Source: Camelus dromedarius | Taxonomy: Eukaryota | Direction of reading: 5' to 3' | Length of the DNA: 64,000 nt | Assembly: GCF_036321535.1 (NCBI RefSeq) | Contig: NC_087437.1 | Span: forward strand, 21,888,001 to 21,952,000 | Shown here: in pieces, positions 13,234 to 24,375 of the stretch | How the letters are laid out: each line of letters starts with the position of its first letter | Position numbering within the stretch: position 1 is the stretch's first letter | Notes under the pieces: model-generated | What the model saw: the letters and a program-made list of their open reading frames with translations, nothing else | What the model was told of the DNA's origin: nothing | The model's database searches: none | Program-made: the position numbers and the translations under genes

Positions 13234-13680
13234 TGTGGTCGGCTGAGTAACAGCCCCAAAGATGTCCAGACCGTGAATATGTTACCTTATACGCAAAGGG
13301 ACTCTGCAGATGTGATTAAGTTCAGGATCCCGAGAAGGGGAGAGGACCCTGGATTATCCAGGTGCGCCCTAAATGTAATCACACGTGTCCTTAGAAGAGG
13401 GAAGTCTGACTACAGGACAGTCATGTGATGACAGAAGCAGAGACAGGAGTAATGGGCTTCAAAGGTAGATGGAGGGAGGGAGGAGCCACCACCTCTAAGA
13501 CCTGAAAAAAGGCAAGGGAACGGACTCTTAGAGCTTCCAGAAGGAAACTGCCCTGCTGACCCTGGAGCCCAGTGAAACTGATTTCAGCTTCTGACTCCCG
13601 GAACTGTAAGAGAATACAGGTGTTGTTCTAAGACACTCAGTCTATGGTAAGTTGTCACAGTGGCGACAGGAAAAGACTCA
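13234..13680 (+). mobile_element. MaLR (MLT1-type) solo LTR
   Basis: TG...CA ends, perfect 5-bp TSD GAGGG (13229-13233, 13681-13685), MLT1 motifs gaatatgttacctta and gcagatgtgattaag. Confidence 0.88.
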
Positions 13681-14624
13681 GAGGGACAACCTCCTCCAGA
13701 AGCTCAGAAATGGGCCTTTCTCCACACATTCCTCAGCAAAACCCAATCTGGTTATAGTACTGTTTAATTTATAACTCATCTGTATATATTGAAAATTCTT
13801 AATACTATCAAACTTAATAAATATAGATGAATTTAAACTGGAAACTGCTTTAACTCAGATGTGTCTATAGGAAATCATAGAAACCTGTGTAAGATCAAGT
13901 GAAGCATATAACCTAATTATGTGTAAGCAACAGAGTAGGAAAAGCTATTTAAACTGGCACAGTGGTGACCCTAATGGCAAACTGTAGTCATCTCATTTGC
14001 CGTTTTTCCTAGTAATGTATGTAAGGGTGTGAAATACCTTGCACCCAAACACTCATGTGCTGCACCAAAATACAGTAGAGAGGAGTTAAGTAACTCACCC
14101 AATGTCACACAGCTAAGTAAGTGGCAGAGCTCGGGGCACCAGTCTGCTGATACACAGTACCTTTCAGGCTCACTCAGCAACAAATCTGAGCAACCATTTG
14201 GAGGCATAAAGCCCCAAAACGTCCGAGACAGATCTCTGATCTGGATCTGTTGTAAGCGCCCAGGTTTCCTCGTCTGAATTTCCAATGTTCAGCCCCTTGG
14301 TTTTCGCTCAGAGTTTTCCTCGTTCCACTGATGCTTGAGCTCACCCCTGCAGGGCAGCGAGGTACCCAGGTCTCGGCTCAGCACCTGCCCTGGCGCGTCC
14401 CCAGCCCTGCCTGTGTCTGTCCGCACGGCCGCGAGGTCTCTCGCTTTCTTGGGGGGGGGCACCTCTTTGTGCTGCTGCTTTATGGGACTCCTCCGCCACG
14501 GAACCCAAGAATTTGTGAACCACAACGTAAAATCTTCCAGAAAATAAAATGTAGTTGGGCAATTTAACAAGAAACAAGTTCAGAGCCTCTAAAATACTAA
14601 TGAAATAAAGCAGGCGCTACTTAC

Positions 14625-14761
14625 GCGGGGGGACTGTCGCCGCAATACTTCCCGATTCTTTCGGCGTCGTTGACTTCGCCGCCGTTGAACACAGCCACGT
14701 AGTCGTACCGGCAGTAGTTGTCGCGCTCAACGTCAAACTTCTCAAACATTAATTCTATAAG
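14625..14761 (-). CDS. PCOLCE2: PCOLCE2 exon 5: CUB2, LIELMFEKFDVERDNYCRYDYVAVFNGGEVNDAERIGKYCGDSPP(A)
   Basis: Acceptor ctttccctaaag|C, donor GC|GTAAGT, 137 nt; inside ORF 14621..14941. Confidence 0.97.
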
Positions 14762-17516
14762 CTTTAGGGAAAGCACAACATTAGAAGAGTCAAAGCAGCA
14801 TGGAACAGAATTATTCCTCTCTCCACATTTGTTAGGGTACCGTGATTTTCCTTTGTAGAAAATGTTACCCATCCTGATTAAAATTTTTTTCTTATGTTTC
14901 CACACTTCTTTGGTTAACAAAATTGTGGTGTTCTTTTGCATTCATTTTTAAACATTCCAAAAGATCATCTCAAGCCCAGATCCACCCTAGTTAGGGTGTT
15001 AAACGTGGGAACTCTGTTCACCTACAGCTAAGAAAGTATAGAAACACTATGTAACCCTAACAATCTATGTTAAGACTTAAACTGAGTTTGTGTTGGAGTG
15101 GGGAAGAGGGCTATATACCAACTTCATTCTTCTCTAGAAGAAAACTAAACTAAAAAGTAATCTAAGATGGCCCCTGAAATAGTGTGTGTTGGAGTGTGGT
15201 GTCTATGTGGGTGAGACAGGTGGACAGAGTTGGTCCCCTTTTGAAGGAAGGAGACTAACATTCCCATCACATGTAAAGAAGTCAAATTGTTTAGGACCAG
15301 AAGTTCAGGGAAGTGGGAATTGACTCTGATGTCTTCTGGAAGTATGTTTGATAAATGTGCCCACCAAGCACAGTCTACTTGGTGATGTGCATGATTTTTT
15401 AAAAGGCTGCACAGAAGCACTGATACACAAAGTCAGTGTTTCTGAAGTATTTCTTAATTTTTTGTGCTAGTACCAACACTAGTGTCTTAAATTACTGGAG
15501 TCAATAAGAAGTTTTGATTTAAGAGTTTTGATTCCCCTTGTAAGCAGATTTTTCAAGAGTACAGCCAATGTGTGAATCAAAGGAAGTCTCACCATGTTCA
15601 TAAATACCCATGGCACCCAGACAGCTGGTCCCCATCCTTGCTGGGTGGCAGGTGGGCAGGCAACCCTCCCTACTGCTTATGGAAGATAACAGGCATTAAT
15701 TCCTATTAGGACAGGTACACAGCCATTAGCTATTAGCTAACAGAGACTTAGACACCATAATCTGAGTGAAGATGGTAACAGAAACAGTATCACAGAGAGA
15801 CACCAAGGCAAATTTTGGCTTTGAACATAACTGCCACACACCCATATATTTACCCATTTTAAAAAAGTCAGTGCCAGTGATGGGTGAATAATAGCTTATT
15901 CATACTTAACAACACTTTAAATTATATTAAACTATTTTCTTTTTGGGTCCACTAACTTCTCACCAGCTAGTAATAAAATTCTTTCCAGGTTATTAAAAAA
16001 TTGGCTGAACTTTTTCTACTTAGAAATTAGTCACATAACTTTTGGAGAGAAGCTAAAAATAGGTAAATAAATAGCAGGGTAAAGGGGAAAGCTATGATTT
16101 AAAAAAGTAAGTCTTTAAGAGAAGAAAATACCTATCAATTTACAGAGAAATTACTCAAGACTTAACTGTCTCATTTTATTTTTCTTCTTTGGACAGAGTT
16201 TCCAGTGATTTCAGATACTACAACAATGATTAAAAATTCAATCAGCTGAAGCCAAAAATCACATAAATAAAATAAAACCCAAATTTAAATTTAAATAAAG
16301 AGAAAAAAAGTGGGGAAAAGATACTAAATTGTAATCTGTGAGTATCAGTAATTTGAAATTATATAATCTAACATATTCACAAATGACACAGAGAAAAATG
16401 ATCAATACCATCTCAAGAATTACATCATGGCTTACGTATTTGAGAAATTTAACTTTTTAAATACTATTTTAAGCTATAAAATGTTCAATAGAGTTACAGA
16501 ACATATTTTTTTCTTAAAAATAAAACTGAGTTTTGGGATTATAATCAAAGTGTCTGTATGTGCTCAAATTACTAACTTGCATGGTATATTTGCCTGAATA
16601 ACTTTCCATTAAAAAATGAATATATGGCAGATAGTATTTGTGTAAGCAATACAAAAGATCAGTTTGGAAAAGTTGTTTTTTTTTTTTTTTAACAACATCA
16701 TCCTGCTCACAGTATAGTGTTTAGATTAAAGTCTGTAATGTTTGTAAGAATAACAATTTTTTAAAAGCTATTTTCAAAATCCCACAACATAGGCTTGGTC
16801 TATTCCCACGCTAAGTTCTGCTCTGCAATTGATATCTGAAAGCGGTCCCCAGAAAGGGTAAGAATTCATAGAACCACAAACCAATAAACACTGGAAAACT
16901 AGACCTTCTCTGTTGATTGGTTTAGAGTAATGAATAAAGTTATTTGTGGGAACCTGCACAAATTTTATTTTAAACAACAATCAAGATAAACAAACACCAC
17001 AGAGCAGACCAGCTTTCACATCAAACACCTTGTTCTTAGAAAAGATGACGTGGTGTGCTTGCATTGGCTTTGTCGAAGTGGAGCATTCAGACCGTTTTTG
17101 TTTTGGTGGCTAGAATGGCGCTTATCAGGACCCGAAGGGTGTGCTCTGTGAGCAGATGGCAACCTGAAGTGGACATGAACCTGGGGATGTGTTTTCCTCC
17201 CTCAGTCAGTCACTGCTGCTTATGACCCCACGCTTACATCTTCCACGGGCTTAAACGATCTCACATGGGATTTGCCTACCATTTGCATTTCAAAACCTGT
17301 TTTGAAAAGTGTAATTCTCTAATAGTGAATTAAACCCATGACTTTGCCAGTCAAATAGTGAAAAGGCAATTTTACCCTGGGTCTTTGCATGAAGGAGTAC
17401 TGTGCCCAGCAGGGCCCCTCCTCGCCCTGCATCCTGGGCTCTTGAGAGTTGGGCCCCTCACACAGTCTGGGCAATTCACACAGGTGGGCCTCCTTCATAC
17501 TTTCAGGGAATCTCAC

Positions 17517-17641
17517 CTGATTCTTTGGGGCTACAATGTGCCACACACAGGTGACTCCTGCAGGGTAATCACGGTCTGGCCAGTTGGGGGTATTAAAAGA
17601 GCCGGAAGGTCTTTCAAGGAGTCCTCCACAGTACTGATCCC
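17517..17641 (-). CDS. PCOLCE2: PCOLCE2 exon 4: start of CUB2, (G)[41 protein letters not shown]
   Basis: Acceptor tttttaacttcag|G, donor CAG|GTGAGA, 125 nt; inside ORF 17319..17684. Confidence 0.97.
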
Positions 17642-17792
17642 CTGAAGTTAAAAAAAAAAGTTTATTAAAAGTGAAAAAATACATCTAAGTTTATAGCAAT
17701 GCAACCATGTGGAAATTATGGATTTGAAATATTGACAGTATAGTAAATAAAGGACAGGAGCTCTTAAATTTTCTCTTTAAAAAATGGTTACA

Positions 17793-17942
17793 GGGGGTGG
17801 GGAGGGTATAGCTCAAGTGGTAGAGCATATGCTTGGCATGCACGAGGTCCTGGGTTCAATCCCCAAGACCCCCTCTAAACGTAAATAAATAAATAAACCT
17901 AATTACCTCCCCCTCCTAAATAAATAAATAAATAAATACCCC
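17793..17942 (+). mobile_element. tRNA-derived SINE, vic-1-like
   Basis: gggtatagctcaagtggtagag...gggttcaatcccc, (TAAA)n and cctaattacctcccc tail; imperfect TSD aaaatg(g)ttaca. Confidence 0.9.
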
Positions 17943-18181
17943 AAAATGTTACATAGTCTCCTCTATACACACACACACACAGGCTGACCTCTAGGTTACT
18001 TGACATTATATCAGCACAAGAGAGTGAAGGAATAAAATCAGGGCCATGGTTTCTTCTCTTTTTCCCTTTTTTTTTTTTTTTTTTTTGGATGAGACAAAAC
18101 ATTTGGGCATGTGCCCATTCAGAAATCACACAGGCTCAACTAATTACATAGATTTTAAGAACTCTCAAGGCAGGGGTATTT

Positions 18182-19151
18182 TTTTTTCTTACTGTACAGC
18201 ACAGGGAAATATATTCAACATCTCGTAGTAGCTTATGGTGAAAAGAGATATGAAAAAGAATATATGTATATTCACGTGTGACTCATACACCAGAAACCGA
18301 CACAACATTGCAAACTGACCACACCTCGACAACAACAACAACAAAAGAACAATCTGAAATGTAACAGCCTTATATGTTAAACCCAAATTAATTATGGTGT
18401 CTTCCAGAAAAGAGTATTTCCATAAATTATTAATAATCTGGTTCCATTAAAAAAAGTTTCAGCAAAGGCAAAAAGAGAAAATCCTGCTATTTTTCAATTC
18501 ATGATGATAAAAAAAAAGATAATACATTCTTCCACAAAAAAGGTGGGTTTAGAGAACAGTTCTGACAGCATTTCACATGGAAAAGTATCAAACAGTCTGA
18601 TAAACAGCTCCCTTTTCAGGGAAAAAAAATGATTCCAATGTGTTTGTTCCTCTTCGGAACTACTCAGTAACCGCAAGTGATTTTTAAATTGGGAGGCAGA
18701 TTACTGGCAATAAGTTCATCAAATTTAGATCCATCCTGAACAGGAACATAATAGAAATCAAGAACATCTCTGACCCTGCACATCAGGTGAAGCCTGGAGT
18801 TAGGCACTGCATGGCCCAAGTCATCAGCCACATGTGCCAAGAAACGGAACTTCAGATGAACATCGTCCAGGGAGATGTCCTGCCAACTGCAGGGAACAGA
18901 TGAGCCAAGAACTTCTTTAACGTGAGATTCCAAACGACTCTGGAGATCTTCAGGTGGTATGTGTGCTCGGCTTCGTAAGGGTGGACACACCAGGATAGGT
19001 TCTTTCTTCACCTCTTCTACTGTCTCAGCGACCACTGGCTGTTTCTTTTCTGAATTGAGACCAGGATTCTCTGCGTGATGCCCCTAAGGCTATCCACGTG
19101 AGGCCTCTTCTGGTAACAGCAGACAACCTGAGCACCGCCATCTTCGAGGCG
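18182..19151 (-). pseudogene. MRPL50: Processed pseudogene (retrocopy) of mitochondrial ribosomal protein L50 in PCOLCE2 intron 3
   Basis: ATG 19141 ([33 protein letters not shown]) frameshifts near 19045. The downstream frame 19035..18664 reads [12 protein letters not shown]...VPNSRLH...[10 protein letters not shown], which I recognise as MRPL50. Intronless, poly(A) remnant at about 18179-18187, identical flanking 14-mers AGGCAGGGGTATTT at 18168-18181 and 19152-19165. Confidence 0.93.
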
Positions 19152-20299
19152 AGGCAGGGGTATTTATCAATAAGGCTAAAGTCATGTCCATGGATAAAAT
19201 TTGAATTAGTTGTTACAGACAGCTCTCATTACTAGAAAGCTTTTCATATATCTTCAACAATTTTTAAGAAAAGTTTTGTTTGTAAAAATAATATGTGTTT
19301 ATCCATTTCCAGCAATACAGAAAAGCCTTAAGAAGGTGGGAGTGGTTTCTAGATGGGGCCTGTACTGGCAAGCTCTCTCTCTTGCTCTGAGAAGGTGACT
19401 GCTCCAGGAAAGTGTCCTAGATTAACGGGTACAGGAGTCATGGCGGGGAGGCGGGAGGGAGCGCTCTTCCTCACAGCCACCACCCTGGCCTGGGCGCTGG
19501 GCACTGGCAGCTCTGTTCTGAATGAGATCAGAACAGAAGTGGAAAGGGCCTCTCCCCGGGGCCTCAGGGACGGGTGCCCTCACAGCAGACTGCCAGGCCC
19601 TCCGCGGCACGCCAGAGCCCGCCGGGCGCTGTATCTTCAGCCAGCATCCCTCAGTCCACCTGCTCACTGAGATCCTGTGAGGGAGGTGAGAACCTCTCCC
19701 GACCCTTCCCCTCTCTCTCCCAAGCCCAGAGCTCACGCAGAGCTCAGAATCAGCAGTGCCGGGGGCTCTCCCTTTATGACAAGTCTCATTACTTCACTAG
19801 GAGCTTCCCGAAGTTGCACCAGAGCTGAACTCAGTGCTATTTCTGTTAAGATACGAAGATGCAGGTTTAGTGTCACACCTGGTTTTGAAGAGAATATTCT
19901 GCAGTGCCAGACTCCTGCATAGCCTCTCTTCTCTGGAGCTGAACTGCAATTCCTGGACACATCTAGACTCCTACTAAGACTGCTTCTTCATTGGTGAAAA
20001 AAAAATTTAAACTTGGAGTAAGATTACCTCAGATCTCACCACCTAAAACTAACCACAATTAATATTTGAAAAATCTCATTTCAGATACCTCTACGTGTAT
20101 TTCCTAAAAGATTGACAGAAATAATTTTAGAAAGATATTTTAACCCAGGTTTCACATTAAATTTTACTTGGATTTAACCAATAAAGAAAAGAAAAACTGA
20201 AAGAAATTAATATACTTTAATAAAATATTTGACACAGAAGCAAATCATTCTTAAAGCTCTAAATTTAAGACAATGTATTATAAGGTTGGAATTTCTCTC

Positions 20300-23200
20300 A
20301 CTTTTTATTCATGGAAAATTTCAAGCATATACCAAAGTAAACGTAACAATATAACAAATCTCTAAGTGTTTATCACCCAATTTCAACAATTATCACTATT
20401 CTACTATTCTTTATATCAATATCACTACCCAGTGCCCACCACCTGCATTATTATTACTATTATTATTACTTTATAGGTTTGGGGGAGGTAAATTCAATAC
20501 TTTGAAGTGCACAAATCTTAGTTGTGAAAATCTGAAAAATGGATACACACGTGTGAGCCACACTCCAACGATAACAGAATCCATTTCCCACAAAATTTCT
20601 GTATCCCTCGCTGGTCCATCTGCTGGCGCTCCATACCACTTTCCTGAAAAATTTCTCCTTAGAGGAGTTTTATTCTAGAGCTTCATATAAATGGAATTAA
20701 AGTGTGTGCTCTTCTGTGCCTGACTTCTCTTGCTTATTAACACAACGTCTGAGATTCATTCATGTTGCTGTGCGTATCAGTGGTCTGTTCCTTGACGTTG
20801 CTGAGCAGTATTCCAGGGTATGGGGACCATGAGTTGCTCACCCATTCTCCCAGTGATATGCCTTTGGTTTCCAGTCTGGGCTACTGTGAATGAAGCTGCT
20901 CTGAACATTTCTGTACAAATCTCTTTGTGGACATGTATTTTCATTTCTCTTGCATAAATATCCAGGAATGCAACTGCTGGGCCAAGGGTAGATGTAGATG
21001 TTTAACTTCATAGGAAACTACCAAAATTTTTCCCCACGTGGTTGTAGCATTTTCTGTCTCTCAAGGGATGAGCACTTTGCCTGCTACCACTTAGTGCTGT
21101 CGGGTTTTTTAGCCAACCTGGCGGGTGTGTAATGGTATCGCACTGTCATTCTAATTTGCATTCCTTTGTTAACTAATGATACTGAACAGTTTTTCAGGTA
21201 CTTATTAATCATTCATATGACATCTTTCGTCAAGTATCCATTCAAGTGTTTGACTATTTTTATACTTACTGGCATTTTTAGCTCTTTATTGTTAAGTTGT
21301 ATGAGTTCTTTGTATATTCTGAACACAAATCCTTTATCAGATACTTTTGCAAATATTTTCTCCTATTCTGTAGATTGCCTATTTATCTTTGTAACTTTTT
21401 TTTAAAAAATGGCATCTGCATTTTTAAAAAATTTAATTAATCCATTTATTTTTTGGTGGGGGGAAGTAACTAGGTTTGTTAGTTTGCTTGTTTTTAGAGG
21501 AGGTACTGGGGATTGAACCCAGGACCTTGTGAATGCTAAGCATGTGCTCTACTGCTTGAGCTACATACCCTCCTCCCCTGTAACAAGTTTTTTTTATAAG
21601 CATTAGTTTTGACTTTAATGGCCCTTGCGTGGTACATATTTTTCCATCCCTTTATGTTCAACCTACTTTGTCCTCATATTTCAAGTGCTTTCTTGTAGAC
21701 AACATGCAGTTGGGCTCTGCTTTTTAACCATTCTAATACTTACTGCCTTCTAATTGGAGCATTTCATGCTTTACATTCAATGTATTTATAGACATGCTTG
21801 GGTTTGGGTTTAGTGTGCCTGTTACTACTTTGTTCTGTTTGTCTCACCTTTCTCTTGTTCCATCTGCTCCCCTGTCTGCCTTCTTCAGGTTAGCTGAATA
21901 ATTCTGGTATTCTATTTTCATCTTTTGGCTTTTAGCTAAAACTTGTACATTGTTCGTGGGTTCTCTAGGGACTACAATACACATCTTTAACTTATCACAA
22001 CCTATTTAGTGTTAACAGTGTATTTCTTCGTCTACTGGATATTTCCACTGGCCTCTCCATCCTTTGTTCTATGTTGTCATATGTATCATACATCACGCTC
22101 GACCCAATACAGCATTAAACGTTTTTGTCAGTTTTGTTTTGAACAGTCCCCTGTAAAGAAATTAAGGGAAGAAAAGAAAAGAATCCATAGTCTTCGATAT
22201 TTACCATTTCCAGTGGCCTTCAATCCTTCCATTACCTTTGGGTTACCCTGTGGGGTCATTTCCCTTCAACTCAAGGAACGTCCTCCAATATTTCTTGTGC
22301 TGCAGGTGCTTTTCTGAAAATGTCTTCATTTCACTTTCATTTTTGAAGACTGGCTATAGAATTCTGGGTAGAATTCAGTTTTATTCCAGCACTTTAAAAA
22401 TGCTGCTCCACTGCCCTCTGGCCTCCATTATTTCCAATTATAAGAAAGTCATTGCTCCTACCTTGCTCCTCTGTATGTAAGTTGGTTTTTATCTGATTAA
22501 TCTTTAAGATTTTCTCTTTATCTTTAGATTTCTGTAATTTAATGACGATGTGCTTAGGTGTGGCTTCATTTTTATTTACCTTATTTGCGGTTTGTTCATC
22601 TTCTTGGCTCTATAAATTGGTGTTCCTCACTAAATTTGGGTAGTGAGGAGTCATTCAAGTCATTATTTCTTGGGATATTTTTTCTGCATTATTATCACTC
22701 TCTTCCTTCTGGAACACGAATTACACATATGTTAGACCACGTGATACTGTCTCACTGGTCTCCAACGCTCTCTTTCTTTCATCTTTCTCCTCCTGGTTCT
22801 TCAGACTGAATCACTTCTATTCCAATCCACTGCCTTTTTCTTCTACCATCTCCAGTCTGCTTATTAGCCTATCAAGTAAATTTTAAAATTTCATATTCTC
22901 TATCTTTCAGCTCAAGTATTAAGATTTTTTTGTTTGTTTTTTGAAAATAGTGTTTCTTTTCTGAGGTTCTCAATCCATTTATTTTTCCACATACACTTCC
23001 CATTTAGATCCTTAAATATATTTATAATAGTTGCTTTAAAGTGCTTGTCTGCTTCTTGTAACCTCTGGGTTATTTGGGGGTCAGATTTTATTGATTCTTT
23101 TTTTCTTGAATATGGACACACATCTCTGATTTCATCATGTGACTGGATACTGGACATAATGAATGATACATTATAAAGTCTCTAGATTCTGTTGTGTTCC

Positions 23201-23450
23201 TATGAAAAGTGATTTTTGTTTCAGCAGGCATTCAACTTGGTTAGACGCAAGCTCAAAATCTGTCGCCCTGGCAGTGGGTAGCAACTGTAATCTCTATTAG
23301 GTTTATTCATCTTCCAGATGATGCCAGGCCAACCGGGCTCCCCCCAACTATAGAGTTTAGCTGTTAGCCAAAGATTTGAGTGGATTTTATATGTCTATTT
23401 TGTGCCTCAGTTCTTCAGTAGCTCCAGGATTTCCTTCCAAATGTCCTGGC
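20300..23450 (-). mobile_element. Cluster of old degraded L1M fragments (boundaries approximate), interrupted by a SINE
   Basis: T-rich strand with L1 motifs (gagattcattcatgttgctg; ttgcatttcc..taactaatgat; ggctatagaattctggg). Confidence 0.65.
21445..21578 (-). mobile_element. tRNA-derived SINE, vic-1-like, inside an old L1
   Basis: Reverse complement of the same consensus (ggggattgaacccaggacc...tgagctacataccc). Confidence 0.88.
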
Positions 23451-24119
23451 TGCTGTCAGCCCCAGATTCTGTACGTCATACTATAATATCTCAGACCAGT
23501 GATGTTGTTCTGTAGCCCAAGGCAAGAGACGATTAGGGAGTGCCCTCAGGCACAAGACTGCAGAATTAACAGATCCTGACCACTGCAGTCTCGGTCCAGC
23601 GGTACAGGTTTCCACCCTTGGGAACTCACGTGTACTGATATGAAAATATCCCAACTCGTTGCATCAAGAGAAACGAAGAAGTTGTGAAACAGTATGAATG
23701 TATAATCCCACTTCTGTATTTTAGAAGCTATTGCAAAAGTACACACACACAAACAAGTGCACATAGAAGGTGTGAGAACCACCATCCGTGGCTGACTGTA
23801 AGAGGGGACGACAATGGGGTGAAATGTTTCTGTATCTGCACGTGTATATCTATATGCAAGCTTCACATTTTTACTTGAGGAGATTCCATATTTGAATTTT
23901 TATGAGAACATATATGGGCTTTTAAAAAAAGAGACTGTCCTTTTAATGGTCTCTTGATGGTTTGGTGGCGTTTATTAGCTCTCTGTTTGAGAAGAGCTGC
24001 TCTTAAACTTTAGATTAAATGAGGAAGTCCATAGAAAGTGCCTACAACAGTGCCGGACGGACACACAGCAGCCGTTCAATAACTGAGCCCTTATTACTGC
24101 TGTCACGTGGAAACGATAC

Positions 24120-24375
24120 CTCTTTCGTTTGGTTCGGCGGCAGAGAACATGGCCATGAAGCCATTCCCGGCTGTGTTGGCGTCGGAAATCATCTGCACCA
24201 TCATCTTGTTGCTGCTGGACACAAGGGCTCCGGGCCGGAAGGTGCCGCAGAACCGCCCGATGCGCTGGCCGTTGGCGTGGCCGTTGTAGACGTCCACAAA
24301 GTCATAGCGACACAAGTTGTCGCTCTCGAGGTCTATGAACCGGAAGTTAAGAACTACTACTTTTCCCTCGGGAAC
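24120..24375 (-). CDS. PCOLCE2: PCOLCE2 exon 3: CUB1, VPEGKVVVLNFRFIDLESDNLCRYDFVDVYNGHANGQRIGRFCGTFRPGALVSSSNKMMVQMISDANTAGNGFMAMFSAAEPNER(G)
   Basis: Acceptor ttcttggcag|G, donor AGAG|GTATCG, 256 nt; overlaps ORF 24103..24315. Confidence 0.97.

Noticed and set aside
17793..17880. tRNA-like sequences with A and B boxes (nine loci)
   Set aside because: They have A-rich tails and TSDs and are diverged copies of one consensus, so they are SINEs, not tRNA genes.
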